Below, piece by piece: positions 1-11,439 of a stretch of 64,000 nt of DNA (position 1 is the stretch's first letter; each line of letters begins with the position of its first letter). The translations under genes and the position numbers were made by a program. This DNA is from Lama glama (lineage: Eukaryota): contig CM052816.1 in NCBI GenBank assembly GCA_028534125.1, positions 96,598,001-96,662,000 on the forward strand, written 5' to 3'. The notes under the pieces were generated by a model, which had not been told where the DNA came from, made no database searches, and saw only the letters and a program-made list of their open reading frames with translations.

Positions 1-3
1 TAC

Positions 4-70
4 CTGTTCAATGGCTTCAGAGCCCCAGGGCAGTGTCCATGCTCAGCCATGGCGACTCCTGCCATTTTGT
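4..70 (-). CDS. Coding exon candidate (67 nt) of an unidentified minus-strand gene; (D)KMAGVAMAEHGHCPGALKPLN(R/S)
   Basis: Minus strand: acceptor atgatttttccag|AC, donor CAG|gta at the window edge. Open in the phase-1 frame handed over by exon 306-148. Two ATGs in strong Kozak context (AAAATGG, GCCATGG). Confidence 0.6.
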
Positions 71-147
71 CTGGAAAAATCATTTTTAAATGTCTATTTT
101 GATTTATTCTAATGCCCTTTGTGGTAGTCCTTTGTGATTTCTCTTAC

Positions 148-306
148 CCTGGTAACTGCTGCCTTCTTCTCTCAAAGCTCTCGTGGGTAATTGGTCGGCT
201 TCTGAACCGGGGCAGGCCAGGGAGGACAAGAAAGGTTGACCTTCCATGCTCAAGAGCTGACGCGCTCTCCTCTGAAGCTCATAGCAGAGAATCAGAAGGT
301 AGTCAC
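148..306 (-). CDS. Exon candidate (159 nt), probable start codon at 247-245: MEGQPFLSSLACPGSEADQLPTRALREEGSSYQ
   Basis: Acceptor ctgattgttccttag|GT, donor CAGG|gtaaga. Only one frame is fully open. ATG context is AGCATGG. A 77-nt GT-AG intron (147-71) joins it in frame to exon 70-4. Confidence 0.6.
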
Positions 307-636
307 CTAAGGAACAATCAGTAGAAATATGTAGAAAAATACTGATAAAATAATAGGTGAGGATTCATGGCTGAAGATCTCTAGAAACACTGCGACAGTA
401 TCTATAAAAAATACACTGCTTGATATTTGGCACCAAAGATAATGGCCGTTGGCTATTTAGAAGGATAATGGAAAAATTATGGTCCTTCAAATTAAGGACA
501 TCAGGAATATCACCTTTTATTCATACCAGGAAGGTCAAGAGGACCCAGAGAATTTAATCAAATTGTTAAAAATTTAGAGTGGATAACACTTTTGAAAAAT
601 CTCTCTGTGTGCAGCAAGCTCAGTCTCGGGCTTTAC

Positions 637-820
637 TTGACTCCCTTGTAATGCACGACCATTGCCTCCAAAACCTCTAAAGAGGTTCTCTTTTCTGTAT
701 TGAGCAAATAGCTATCAAGGCTCACTGCGGGGTAGATGCTATTCCATGAGATACAGTACAGGAGAAACCTCCTCTGCCCGGCCCACCCTCGGTGAGGGGG
801 CGGAAGGAAGAAAATCATCG
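637..820 (-). other. Possible upstream exon (UTR or decayed coding)
   Basis: Acceptor cttcctgttaatctag|CG (alternative at 787), donor CAA|gtaaag. GC/CpG-richer than its flanks. Does not splice in an open frame to its neighbours. Confidence 0.3.
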
Positions 821-1244
821 CTAGATTAACAGGAAGCGTCAAGTCAGGGCTCTAGGTGGTTGAGAGTTAGCACTGCTTTTTGTGGATAATCTGATACAGC
901 CAGTAATTTGTTTCTGAAAACTAATTTTTTGAAAGCAGGTTAAACTCCTTTTAACCAGAGTAGAGAAGTCGTTCTCTTTTCTTAATTGGCAGACAGTTGG
1001 TGATCAAAATGATCTCCAGGACCAGCAGTTAAGAGAAATTTAAGTGACAAAGGTTTTGCAAATTTACTCAGTAATCTTGATGTTACAAGTCAACAGTTCT
1101 AGCCTTTAGAACGGGTTTTAGGGACACTGAGACTAACCTTACACTGTTATGGAAAATTTCTTTACCTTTTCGTTATCAAATTTATAGGGAAATTCAACAT
1201 TATTATAGATACATGGATAGATGGATTAAAAAATGTCATATATA

Positions 1245-1540
1245 TGTGGGAATGGGCAAAATAGGTAAAGGAGGTCAAAAGGTACAGATTTCCAGTTATA
1301 AAACCAGTAAGTCATGGGGATACAATGAACAGTATGTCAGCCATAGTTAATATTTGAAAGTTGCTAAGATAGTAGATCTTAAAAGTTCTCATTATAAGAA
1401 AAAAAATTAATTATGTATGGAGATGAGTTAACCAGAATTATTGTGGTGATTATTTTGCAATATACACAAATACCCAATCATTATGCTTAAATTAATATAA
1501 TGTTATATGTCAACTATACCTCAGTTTAAAAAAAGAAAAT
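1245..1540 (+). mobile_element. L1 3' end (L1MA9-like)
   Basis: gtcaaaaggtacagatttccagttataaaa...aagttgctaagatagtagatcttaaaagttctc...aatgttatatgtcaactatacctca followed by an A-rich tail. Confidence 0.8.
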
Positions 1541-1789
1541 ATTAATTTTAAACCCAAAGTCTGTATTAAAAACAAGATTGGGAGGGTGAAAATAAAATGA
1601 AATAAAAGTTTCAAGAATAATTAATTAATTAAGGACAACAAAAAGATACAGAGAATGTAGAGATATAATTTTTATGAGAACTGATATGTGCCTAGTCTCT
1701 GTATTTCCTTATGTCTATATAAATTTAATGGTTAATTCAGCATTTTGTATTCTAAAAGCTCTTATATTGGTTTCTCTTTTTCTAGTCCC

Positions 1790-2500
1790 CATTTTCATTA
1801 TGAAATGTTTTATAAGTGAATTTATATGAATTACAGAACTAATATAACACAACAAATGCTCACATATCATCCAAGCAACCTGCTATATGGAAAATCCTTG
1901 GAAAACACCATGGAAGTCCTCTGTACTCCTTCCCCATCTCATCTCCCTTCCTGCCTCAGGAGGGACCCACTATCCTGATATTTATGTTTCTCATGTCATT
2001 TTTTTTAATACTCAGTACATAGCAGTCATAATAGATATATTTGTGTAGGTTTATGTAACTACACACATATTCACTCTGTATCCCATTTGTGAGATTATTC
2101 ATGTTGATGTGTATAGATATAATCACTCTGCTATAGAATTTCAGACATGAAGAAATAGACACAATTTTTTTCTATGTTACTGACAGTAATTTGAGTAATG
2201 CCCTTTTCTTTGCTTGTTTTTGCATCCCCGACGCCAGTGTGAATTTGTGCATGTGTCCTTGTGCGGGGTGTAACGTCTCCCAGGTTATCTACACAGAGGC
2301 TGGCTGGGTTGCTAGCTTTGCTCCTCTTCGACTTGACTGAACACCACCAACCATTTAGTCAGTGTGTCACAGTTGTGGTCACACCGCCGGGGGCTGGAGT
2401 TCTGCACCTCTGCCTCATCTCTTGGAGTTACTGGGTCTTTCATTTGCTTCTGTCTGTTGGTAATGAGATGGCATCTTGTTACAAAGTGGTTTTAATATTA
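1790..2500 (-). mobile_element. Old L1 (L1ME-like) 3' remnant
   Basis: Degenerate antisense L1 3' motifs (accactatcctga, tgagattattcatgttgatgtg, gagatggcatcttgtt). Confidence 0.55.
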
Positions 2501-2769
2501 AAGAGGTTTCTAATTCATATTACACTCAATGTATTCATACTATATATTATTTTATATAGAAATCATAGAAAGTGTATCTATATATTTAATATATTTAGTC
2601 CACTATATTTCTTGACACTAAATCTTGATAACTTCTACTCCTAGTTTTTCAAGATTTTTTTTTTTAATTAACAGCTACCTGTTTTCAGTTTCAACTAGAA
2701 TTTTAACCAAGGTTGGATGAAAGATAGTGAGGTCTTATAACTGGATCCTGGAGACCTAAGAACAATTAA

Positions 2770-3030
2770 GGACGCAGTGCGGTGTGGGAGAGGACGTTAA
2801 GGGGCTACTTTACATAGAGGAGTGGGGGCCCACCTCTCTGAGGAGGTCACATTTAACTGGAGAGCCAGATTAGGAAAAGCTGACCTTGGGATTTCTGGAG
2901 AAGCACCTTGGGAATGAGAAACACTCAGAGCAAATGCCCCGAGGCAGCAGCGAGCTTGGGGATTCAAGGTTCTCAGCAGAACCGGTGGCAGGAGCTACAC
3001 GGGCAGATGTAGAAGTGGCTGGAGTTTGAG
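2770..3030 (-). mobile_element. L2 fragment
   Basis: cctctctgaggaggtcacatttaactg...agagcaaatgccccgaggcag matches typical antisense L2 motifs. Confidence 0.65.
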
Positions 3031-3049
3031 AGACTAATTTTTATGCTTC

Positions 3050-3322
3050 GTATTTCAGCTCAAATGTCACAAGAGCCTAGACCCACCTAGTGTAGCGCTT
3101 TCTCAATCTGCCTTTCTTTCCTCACTTGGGCTATTTCCTTCAGAAAACTTACACATTCTGCAATTATATTATTATTCACTGAGTAGTTATAATCTGACCC
3201 CTCCACACCGCTGTGAGGGCAGAGGCTGGGTCAGCCACATTCATCACTGTGTCTGTCCCCAGAGCTTATCCCAGTACTTGACACACAATAGTTGCTCAAT
3301 AAATGTTCCCTGGATGAAGGAA
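3050..3322 (+). mobile_element. L2 3' end
   Basis: cagctcaaatgtcac...tgtgagggcagaggctgggtc...tagttgctcaataaatgtt. Confidence 0.7.
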
Positions 3323-3904
3323 CATGATGAGAATCTGTTGTGTCTGTCTCTCTCATGTGTTCAGCTGCAGAGAGTTTTGAATGAGTTCCTTCCAGGAAAC
3401 TTGATTGTCAAAAGGTGGATGGAGTCCTACAGTTGTCAGCCGGAGGCTCAGCAAGACACTCTTGTGAACTTTCCGTTGGAAGTGTCACTGGAAAAGGTGA
3501 CGAATCGGCAGGGACATGAGGCATGGGGAGTGAGCCCAGCGGGGAGACCCAGAATGAGCCTAATAGGCAGCATCACAGGGAAGGTCGGCCCCGAGCCCAG
3601 CTGCTGCTGAGAGCCACTCCTGGACCATGGCCACAGCCCTCTGAAGTCGCAGAGGTCCCCCCCAGAGTAGGCAGCCCTCGGGGGAAGAGGTCCACACCGG
3701 TCTACTCAGCAGGGACAACAGAGAAAAACAGATAAAATGTGCTGGTCAGTTAAGACTAAAGAGAAGGGCTGCGGAAAGGAATGTACCCTAAATGCTCAAA
3801 GCAGCTATGTTTCTACTCAAGAGCAAGTTATTCACCAATCCTTGGCCTCAGTGTTCTTATCTGATAAATGGGCCAGCAGACAGATTTTGTAGGTCACCTT
3901 TTAC

Positions 3905-4149
3905 TTGAATATTCTAGAATCAGAGGAAGTATCCTGAGAGGAACTCTGGTGTGCTAAAAAGCCAACGTATCTGTTTTTAGTAAGTAATAAAGTGTGAGAG
4001 TTGAAATGGTTTTTAGGGTGTTGCGAGTCATCCAAAATATAGAAATAGGAGGGGGACCAACGTCTGGTCCAGTGTGGTAGGAACAGAGAGTCCTGTGGTC
4101 TCTCCATTGGTTTAATGCTGAAGAGTTGCGGACAAACGTAGGACACATT
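3905..4149 (-). other. Exon candidate (245 nt, open frame NVSYVCPQLFSIKPMERPQD...DSRIF)
   Basis: Acceptor ctcttgtatttgtcaaattctag|AAT, weak donor CAA|gtaaaa. In phase 0 with exon 4957-4856. The open frame stops just inside the putative intron. Confidence 0.35.
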
Positions 4150-4855
4150 CTAGAATTTGACAAATACAAGAGGGCGAATCTGATAAAAATAGCATTTTTC
4201 TTCTCTTTTTCAAGATAAGGTGTTAGATGGTAGAGACACAAAATATTTTGATAGTGGAAATTCAGCTGCTCCTGATTGTCTATGTATTTAATGTGATCTT
4301 ATAGGCTCAGATAATGAATTCAAATTGCATGTTACACTTTGCTGAGAAGGGAAATCTATTTGCCTGTCAGTGATATACATTCTTGGTATTTGCCAGACAG
4401 CTGCCTGTGGACAAATGATAATCGACTCAGACAGGCAAAATCACATTAAATAATTCTACCACTTAATTGCAATAAATTTATAGTAGTTTAGAATCAAGAA
4501 ACACATTAGCAGAAACATTAAATTATGATTCAAGCTCCATGTTACTTAATACTCATTTAAAAAACATTCAGTTTTAGAGATCCCTAAAAAACATCAACTT
4601 GGGACAAATAGAAATAATGAATGTGTCTTTTCTCATTCTTTTCACTTAACTGAATATTAGACTAAATTTCCATTCGACCACTATATCGATAAATGCATAA
4701 ATCTAGAGATATTTCCCATGAGAAGCCATTAATTTGGGTTATTTTCTAATGTGAAATGTAGATTTGAAGTAAAGAAGGCAAGAAAGAAAAGAGCATTTCT
4801 GTGTCTGGTCCTCGAAGGGGCTGATGGATACATGTGAGCACATCCCAGGTATCAC

Positions 4856-4957
4856 CTGACTGGCCAAGCTCACGTTCACTGGCGGTAAAGCCAAGGCAGA
4901 GGCCACGCGGGACTCAAGCGCAGGCTGTTTTGCTGTTGTGGTTGTTGCCGTTCTCAT
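4856..4957 (-). other. Possible ATG-initiated exon (MRTATTTTAKQPALESRVASALALPPVNVSLASQ)
   Basis: ATG at 4957, donor CAG|gtgata after 34 codons, locally CpG-rich. Confidence 0.3.
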
Positions 4958-5047
4958 ATCTGTGCTTTCTTTATTGATACTATTTTCTGTTTCTCATAAT
5001 CACTTTCACTGAGTATTTTTTCACAGTGTAAGAGCATGGGGTTTACC

Positions 5048-5077
5048 CACGTGAAAGCACGTGTATATACCCAGCTG
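5048..5077. promoter_or_regulatory. E-box cluster (CACGTG x2, TATATA, CAGCTG)
   Basis: cacgtg 5048-5053 and 5058-5063, tatata 5064-5069, cagctg 5072-5077. Confidence 0.35.
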
Positions 5078-5083
5078 AGCGAC

Positions 5084-5109
5084 TGTGTGTGTGTGTGTGT
5101 GTGTGTGTG
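5084..5109. repeat. (TG)13 microsatellite
   Basis: Direct reading. Confidence 0.95.
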
Positions 5110-5584
5110 GTTGGAAGGAGCAGACTGTAAAAGTTAAAAAAAGGCTACCCACAGAAGACAGGGCTGCCAAGAAGAAAAGTAGATGGAGGGTGGTGACAAG
5201 GGGAGCAGAAGAAAGCAAACTGTCCTGCTGGGGCCCTTCCCCCTCCTGTTTTCTCCAGACTCTAGGGGGATGGGAGGGGGAGAACAGAAAAACGCTTCCA
5301 AATTATCGGCTTGGTTAATGAATTCCTAAGAACATAATTACTGTAAATCTTATTTCTGGGAACAAGGTATCTGACCTGAGATTCACATCTGCAAAGAAAC
5401 CAATATTAAGTGGGAAGTTTCTGAAATAATTAAGTTTTAGAGAAAGCTTAGTTGTGACTCTGTATCTAAGCCCCAGATCTTCACTCCTTCAGGACTGAAA
5501 CTGCAGAAAAGGTTTAGACAGGATCACAGTGCAGTTTGGGCTGGGAAGTGTGTAAAAGATAACTTGGTATCTCTCTCTCTCTCT

Positions 5585-5900
5585 CTTTATTGGAGAAATG
5601 GACTCACTCTATTTTGGAGAGTCCAAATACGAAGAGGAAGCTTCAGGAAAGACCAGTTCAAGTTCAAAGGCTGTCTGGAGGCAAAACTCCTTCTTCCTCA
5701 CGGGAGGTCAGTCTTTGTTCTATGAAGACTTTCAGCTGATTGGATGAGGCCCATTCATAGGATGTACAGCAGTCTGCTTTTCTCAGAGTCCACTGAGTTA
5801 AGTGTTAATCCCATCTTAAACAGACACCTTCACAGAAACATCCAGAAAGATGTTGGACCGAATATCTGGACACCAAGATCCAGCCAAGTTTACACAATAA
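5585..5900 (-). mobile_element. MLT2-family (ERVL) LTR
   Basis: ctgattggatgaggcccattc...gttaatcccatcttaaacagacaccttcacagaaacatccaga...ccagccaagtttacaca. Confidence 0.8.
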
Positions 5901-6659
5901 GGCTCCCATACAGGACTTTCAGAGTTAAAAGCAGACGGCAAGGGTGACTTCAAGCCTCCTATTTGTGAGAGACAAAAAGGAAAGGAAAGGAGTCATCTCC
6001 TGGAGACGCTGCTGGATAATTTGTATCTGAGCAAATGTGTAGGAGTCTAACACAAAGGAATTACTTGTGAGCAACACTAGACTGCAGAAAACTGCAGATA
6101 ATGCTGTGGACTCCTTGAGAAAAGAATTCTAAAAGTAATTTTTGTAATGGAGGAGTAGAAGGGAATTGAATGCATGGATCTGTAGTTTTTGAGAGAGTTG
6201 GTGGATTTGGGAGATACTTTAATTACAAAGAAGTCAAGAAAGTGGTTAAATGTTGGGAGTATTTCAGGAGGACAGGGCCATGCATCTTCTTTTCTCCTTC
6301 TAAGTTTGGCACCAACTGAGGGCAGATCCAGGATTCTGAGAGGCGGACACTTCGTGTAACCACAGTTACTGCTGTCCTAACTGACCTAGGTGTGTGGCCG
6401 CCGTGGGCTTCCTCGTATTTCACAGGGAAGGAAACTTACGCACCGAGACAGACAGGACCAGACATTCTCAGACCAGTGGCCACTTTGTTAAGCCAAACCC
6501 ACACAGGACAGGAGCTTCTCGGGGCAGCAGGTCCGGAAAGAGATGAAGTCCAGAGGACCAAAGGCGATCAGGCTCAGGTCAGACGCTGGGAAGTCTGTCC
6601 ACTCCAGGGGAGGAGAGCAGCTGGAAACGTCCCTTCAACATTTTCCTTCCAAGGAGTGG

Positions 6660-6810
6660 AGCAAAGACGTCCTTGCCAGTTTCTATGGTGGATATACTCC
6701 CATAATGGCCAATTTCAAGCTACCCATTTGATATCAGTCAGCTCACAAAACTCCTGAAAATTTCACATCGTCAAGGCATATGTAACCATGCCCAGTATCC
6801 CAGGCACTGA
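6660..6810. mobile_element. MER63-like hAT DNA transposon fragment
   Basis: tactcccataatggccaatttcaagctacc...gctcacaaaactcctgaaaattt. Confidence 0.6.
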
Positions 6811-7847
6811 AAAGCATTCCTTCTGGAAGTGGTGCCCACTGTTCTCAGTGAGGAACTGAGGACTCATGCTGGAGAAAGTTGGATGGAATATAGACCATGC
6901 AAATGCATTTTTGAGAATTCAGTAGCTTTTCTTTAGAGTTGCTGTGTCCCAAGATGCCCAGAATTCATTCTTTATCTTCTTTTTTTCCCCCTCTGTGCTT
7001 GGCAGGATGAGGGGGAAATATCTGTGGGCAACACCAAGGTTAAGCTAAACAAGGGCTCATAGGAATGAAGGTTAAACTCCAGAAAGCTCTGGTTTATCTT
7101 TCCCGCTCTGCAGCAAGGCCTTACCCAGGCTTGACTTCAGCAAGGCCTGATGTTAAAACACCCATGACAGGGCGTAAACCAGACAGGTTTCGCTGTGCCT
7201 GAATGTTGCTCTGATCCACACTTCAGAGGCCAGTCCTTTAATTTTTTATTACCCGCTATAAAGGCGACTCGACCACATCCTACAAGAAGTATTAATAGGC
7301 AATCTAGAATAGACAGTTAAATTAACTCTGCACCTGCTGATTAAGGGTAGCTTTCAGGACCATCATTCAATTCAATTCTGATAAATATATTTTTGTGGAC
7401 TAGTGTCCAAGGAAATATGAATCTTTACACCCACACAGTGTTCTTTTGCTTATTATCTAATGTTTAGAAAAGGTAGCTTGTGCCTGTCTGATAAAATGTT
7501 CAGAAATGCCTGTGCTTTGGTCATTTTACTGTATTTTGATTTTCATGAAAATGTATGAACAGATTGCTTTCAGATTAAAACCAGTAATTGTAGGTTTTGT
7601 TTGCAAAGATGAATTTGGGGAAAGATAATCTGCCCCATGGTCTTCAGTGGTTACCTGCCAGGCTGCCAGCCTTGTGCCCTGGGAGCCATGCTTCTGCCTC
7701 GGAATCACTGGGGAACTGCAGTGCAGTCTGCTTAACAGAAGGATTTTCATGCCCACTGTCACTGGCAGCAAACCCTTGAGGAACAAGCACACAGGGCTCT
7801 TTCTGCCCTGGGCTTGCCGTGATCACACTGAGTGGAAAACACCAGCA

Positions 7848-8156
7848 GTGTCTCAGTCTGCCTGAGCTGCTGTGACAGAACACCACCGACTCACTGCCTT
7901 AAACAGCATTTATTTCTCAAAGGTACTGGCAGATTTGGTGACTGGTAAGAGCCTCTTCCTGGTTTGCAGACAGTGCCTCAGTGGCGAGAAAAAGATGTCC
8001 TACCTCCTCCTTTTTGAAAGGACACGAATTTCATCATGAATGTTCTATCCTCATGACCTAATTACCTCCTGAAGGTCGCACCTCCAAACACCTTCACACC
8101 GAGGGTACAGCTCCGACATAGGAATTTGAGGGGACACAAACATTCAGTCCATGGCA
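7848..8156 (-). mobile_element. MaLR LTR (MLT1A-like)
   Basis: ctcatgacctaattacctcc...gaatttgaggggacacaaacattcagtccatggca, the reverse complement of the MLT1A start. Confidence 0.85.
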
Positions 8157-8610
8157 GGCAGGATACTGGCTGGACCAGAACATCATCTCTGGTTTCTGTC
8201 TCCAAGCTTTCTTTTCCCAGCTCCTTTCAGACACTCACCAGTCCATAAGAACAGTGAAAATGGCAATATTTCAGAACACTTTCCTGTAATTTTTTTCAAA
8301 AAAAAAGTAACAATTATAAGCAGAGCTTTCTTGAATTTCTCCTTCTCTCCATCCTCATTGTGGAAAGATCTCCTTCCTTCTCATGACCGGTGTCCCCCTT
8401 AACTGCTGTGGCGTGCTCTTGGCTTCCACATAATACTGTGCTAGCAACAAAATATGAAGCAAAATATTAGAAAAAAAGCATGATAAGATGACAAAACAGG
8501 CTATTTTGACTTTAGGGAGGCCATCTGGTTGCCAATAAAAGTTATAAAATAGACACGAACACAAGTCAGCCTGGCGTTTGGGCGCCCAGAGCATGCGCTC
8601 CCCCAGACAC

Positions 8611-8767
8611 CTTATGCTCTCATTGCGGCCTGAGGACGTGCAGGTTGGACGTGACTGCACGAGACGTGACACTGCCAGCTCCACTCCAACCACTGAATTT
8701 GAATGTTTCCCACCATCAGAACGCGGCTTCTCACCTCTGTCCCTGCTAACGGAACAATGGTGTGAAT
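8611..8767 (-). other. Possible 5' exon (157 nt) of the minus-strand transcript
   Basis: Acceptor catcttttcttactcag|ATT, donor AAG|gtgtct, CpG-enriched. Ambiguous because the same bases give a plus-strand donor TGA|gtaaga. Confidence 0.3.
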
Positions 8768-10169
8768 CTGAGTAAGAAAAGATGTGTGAGTATATTTTAA
8801 GCCCTTTCTTTGTCCAAAACTTATCTTCTGCCCTATTGAACCCAAACCGCTTACTCTGCACCCAGACAGCTTAAATCTTCATCATATCAACAATTTATTT
8901 AGGTCATTCAGAAAATGCTCAGTTTCTCTGAGGGCTGCCCCTCCTTCTTTCTCTCCCTCACGGAAGTCCAGGTTTCAGGGGAGAGGATGTTTGACCCACA
9001 CATCATTGTGGGGTTGGGAGGAGGGGTTTCCTTGCCTGACTTTCCAGGGGTGGGAGAAGCCGAACCAATGCCCTGTTCCCTCCTCCTTCCCACACAACTC
9101 GGCCAGAGAAGAGTGAGCATCTCTTTGACGCCCACTGCCCTGAGTGGGAGGGGGAGTGTGTTTTTGAGCTGAGGGGTGTTTTATAGACTCTGTTAACCAA
9201 GTTTAGTCCTTAACATTTCTTAGGAGGAGTTACACAGGAATATGTAAAATTCTCTCCTAAAACAGTATTTCCAGGTTGTAATACTGCTATCTAAATACAT
9301 TGCATGTTATAAAACTGAATTTTAATTCATTATTTCCCCCTTTCTTGTATTTTGTATCAAATCCTTCCATGGAGATTTTTTTTCCCAGGAGAATAAGTAC
9401 TGAGAACAGAAGCTGAGTAAATAATTTTTACTAAGTTTTCCTGTCTTACTCTGATACTTGAATGCCTTTACCCCCACACAGGAAACACTCCTTGCACCCT
9501 TCCCTGCTCCTGAGCCTCAGGCAGGCTCCCTGGTGCCTGGGCTGAGTTATAACAACAGCCTGCACCACGGCTGTGCTTGTACGCGGGGCCGGGAGCCGAG
9601 CTGAGGGCCACATCAAATGATCATGTTCAACTTCACAGCTGTCATATGGTAGAGCTATTTCTAATTTCATCTTTCTGAGAAGATAACTGAACACAGATAC
9701 TATGCGAGATGGGAATAATAAATAATAGAGCAGGTATTTAAATCTAGATCCTACAGACTCAAACCTATTGGCATAGCATCCTGCTAACCGTCTTCTTCAC
9801 TGAAATGTACTTGCTTATTTTTACGTGTGTAGCTATTACTTTGTTGTGAGTGTCCCGGGACCAGGGAGTCTTCAGTACTTATAAATTCCAGCAGGCAGCA
9901 TGGTGCCTGTTCTCTGATGGATACCTATGAAGTAGCATAAATTGATCATGATGAAGAAAGATCATATCGTCCAGCCCTGGATGGAGACAGGACAACCTGA
10001 GACCCTCTGATAATGCAGCAGAGTTCATCTGTAGTTTTATGGAAGCTGTGGAAACACGGGGGCCTGACTGAAAAGGCTCAGTTGCCGGAGCTGACAATAA
10101 TGCAGAGTTCAGAAGAGCAGGAGGATGGGGGGCTAGGAAAATCCGGGCTAGGAGAGACGGCCAGACTTG

Positions 10170-10900
10170 CAAAGTGTGAATATGATTAAGTTAAAATGGT
10201 AGGAGAAGAAAGACAACAGAGACTAGAGAATAAAATGAAGCCAAAGTACCTGGCATATTTTAAGGGCTACAAATAAATCAACAAGCCTGAAGCAGAGATT
10301 TGGTAGAAAGAAGAGTGAGAAAGATGGAAGTAAATGCTGGAGCCATATTGTAAATGGTCCCAAATCTCTTAACAGTTTGTGAACCTAGCAGTCAAAGTAG
10401 ATTAACCTGGCTGCAGCAGGTTGGGTAGATGTGCTTTAGGGAAAGGGAGGAGGAGGCTGGGAGGCTGGGAGGCTGGGAGGGAACCTGCAGGGATAGTCAT
10501 GAAGTCAGGGTTAGTTAAGAAACAGTTGCAATGATCCAGGTATCAGGGTGAGTGGCAGGTGGTGGTGGGAGCAGTAGAAATGACACAAGGAACAGAGGAC
10601 ATGAAGAATTCTCCAGACGTGGATATGGGGAGTGCAGGGATGTGCTGAATCAAAAGTGACTCCAGTGAAGGCAGACCCTGGGAACGTGCAAACCCCTGGC
10701 ACCAGTGAAGGAAATGACGATGTGATTGATAGATCCGGGGCTGTGGGAGGAGCTGGGCCAGACTCAGTCACTGACGTAGGAGGAGGAGTGGGTCTACCCA
10801 CCAGTCAGACCCGCAGGACTGAGGTGGCCTCTGCTGGGGTCAGGAACCAGCTGGAATCCGGGATGCTGTAGGCGTGGATAAACCGTTTAAGGGAGGAAAT
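10170..10900 (-). mobile_element. Degraded L2
   Basis: Purine-rich antisense L2 motifs (gttgcaatgatccaggtatcagggtga, ggatatggggagtgcaggga...aaaagtgactcc). Confidence 0.55.
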
Positions 10901-11439
10901 GGAGAATCAAGAGGGGGCTTTTTTCTAGCCCAAGGATGCGCAATGGCACATCACAAGTGTTCAGTCAATATTTAGGGAATGATCTGATGCGTGCCATTGT
11001 TTCTAAATTGAAAGTCTTTCAATATTTGAGGTCTGAATAAACCTCTGCTGGCTAGGACTGGGGTTGCCCACTGTACACAGTCATGGTAATGACACAGGCA
11101 GGAACAGCCGCATCTCTTGCAGCTTCTAACACTCGATTTCCAAATGCGGGCTGTCTGCGGTGTGAGGTAACACGTCCCATTCCTGTCATTCAACCCAGAA
11201 GCCCGGGGACTAGGACCCGCCTGGCGCACAGGACAGAAGGACCTCCACGCCGTTCAGCCACCTCGCCCAGCAGATCCGACTCTGACCACGGGCATCCCGC
11301 TGGGACTTTCTAGCTGCACAGAAAGGACTTCCGTCCTTTCAAAAGATAGGAGGAAAAAAACCACCACGAGGCCATACAAAAGTCTACTTTAAGAATTCGA
11401 GATTGTAAGGAATTTCACAAATGAACTTTATAGACAAAA

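Noticed and set aside
4..306. Assigning a gene symbol (a faint resemblance to the TNIP3 N-terminus was considered)
   Set aside because: Only a few scattered residues match; not real recognition, so a database search is needed
11302..11311. NF-kB site GGGACTTTCT
   Set aside because: One mismatch to GGGACTTTCC and a single occurrence; insufficient alone
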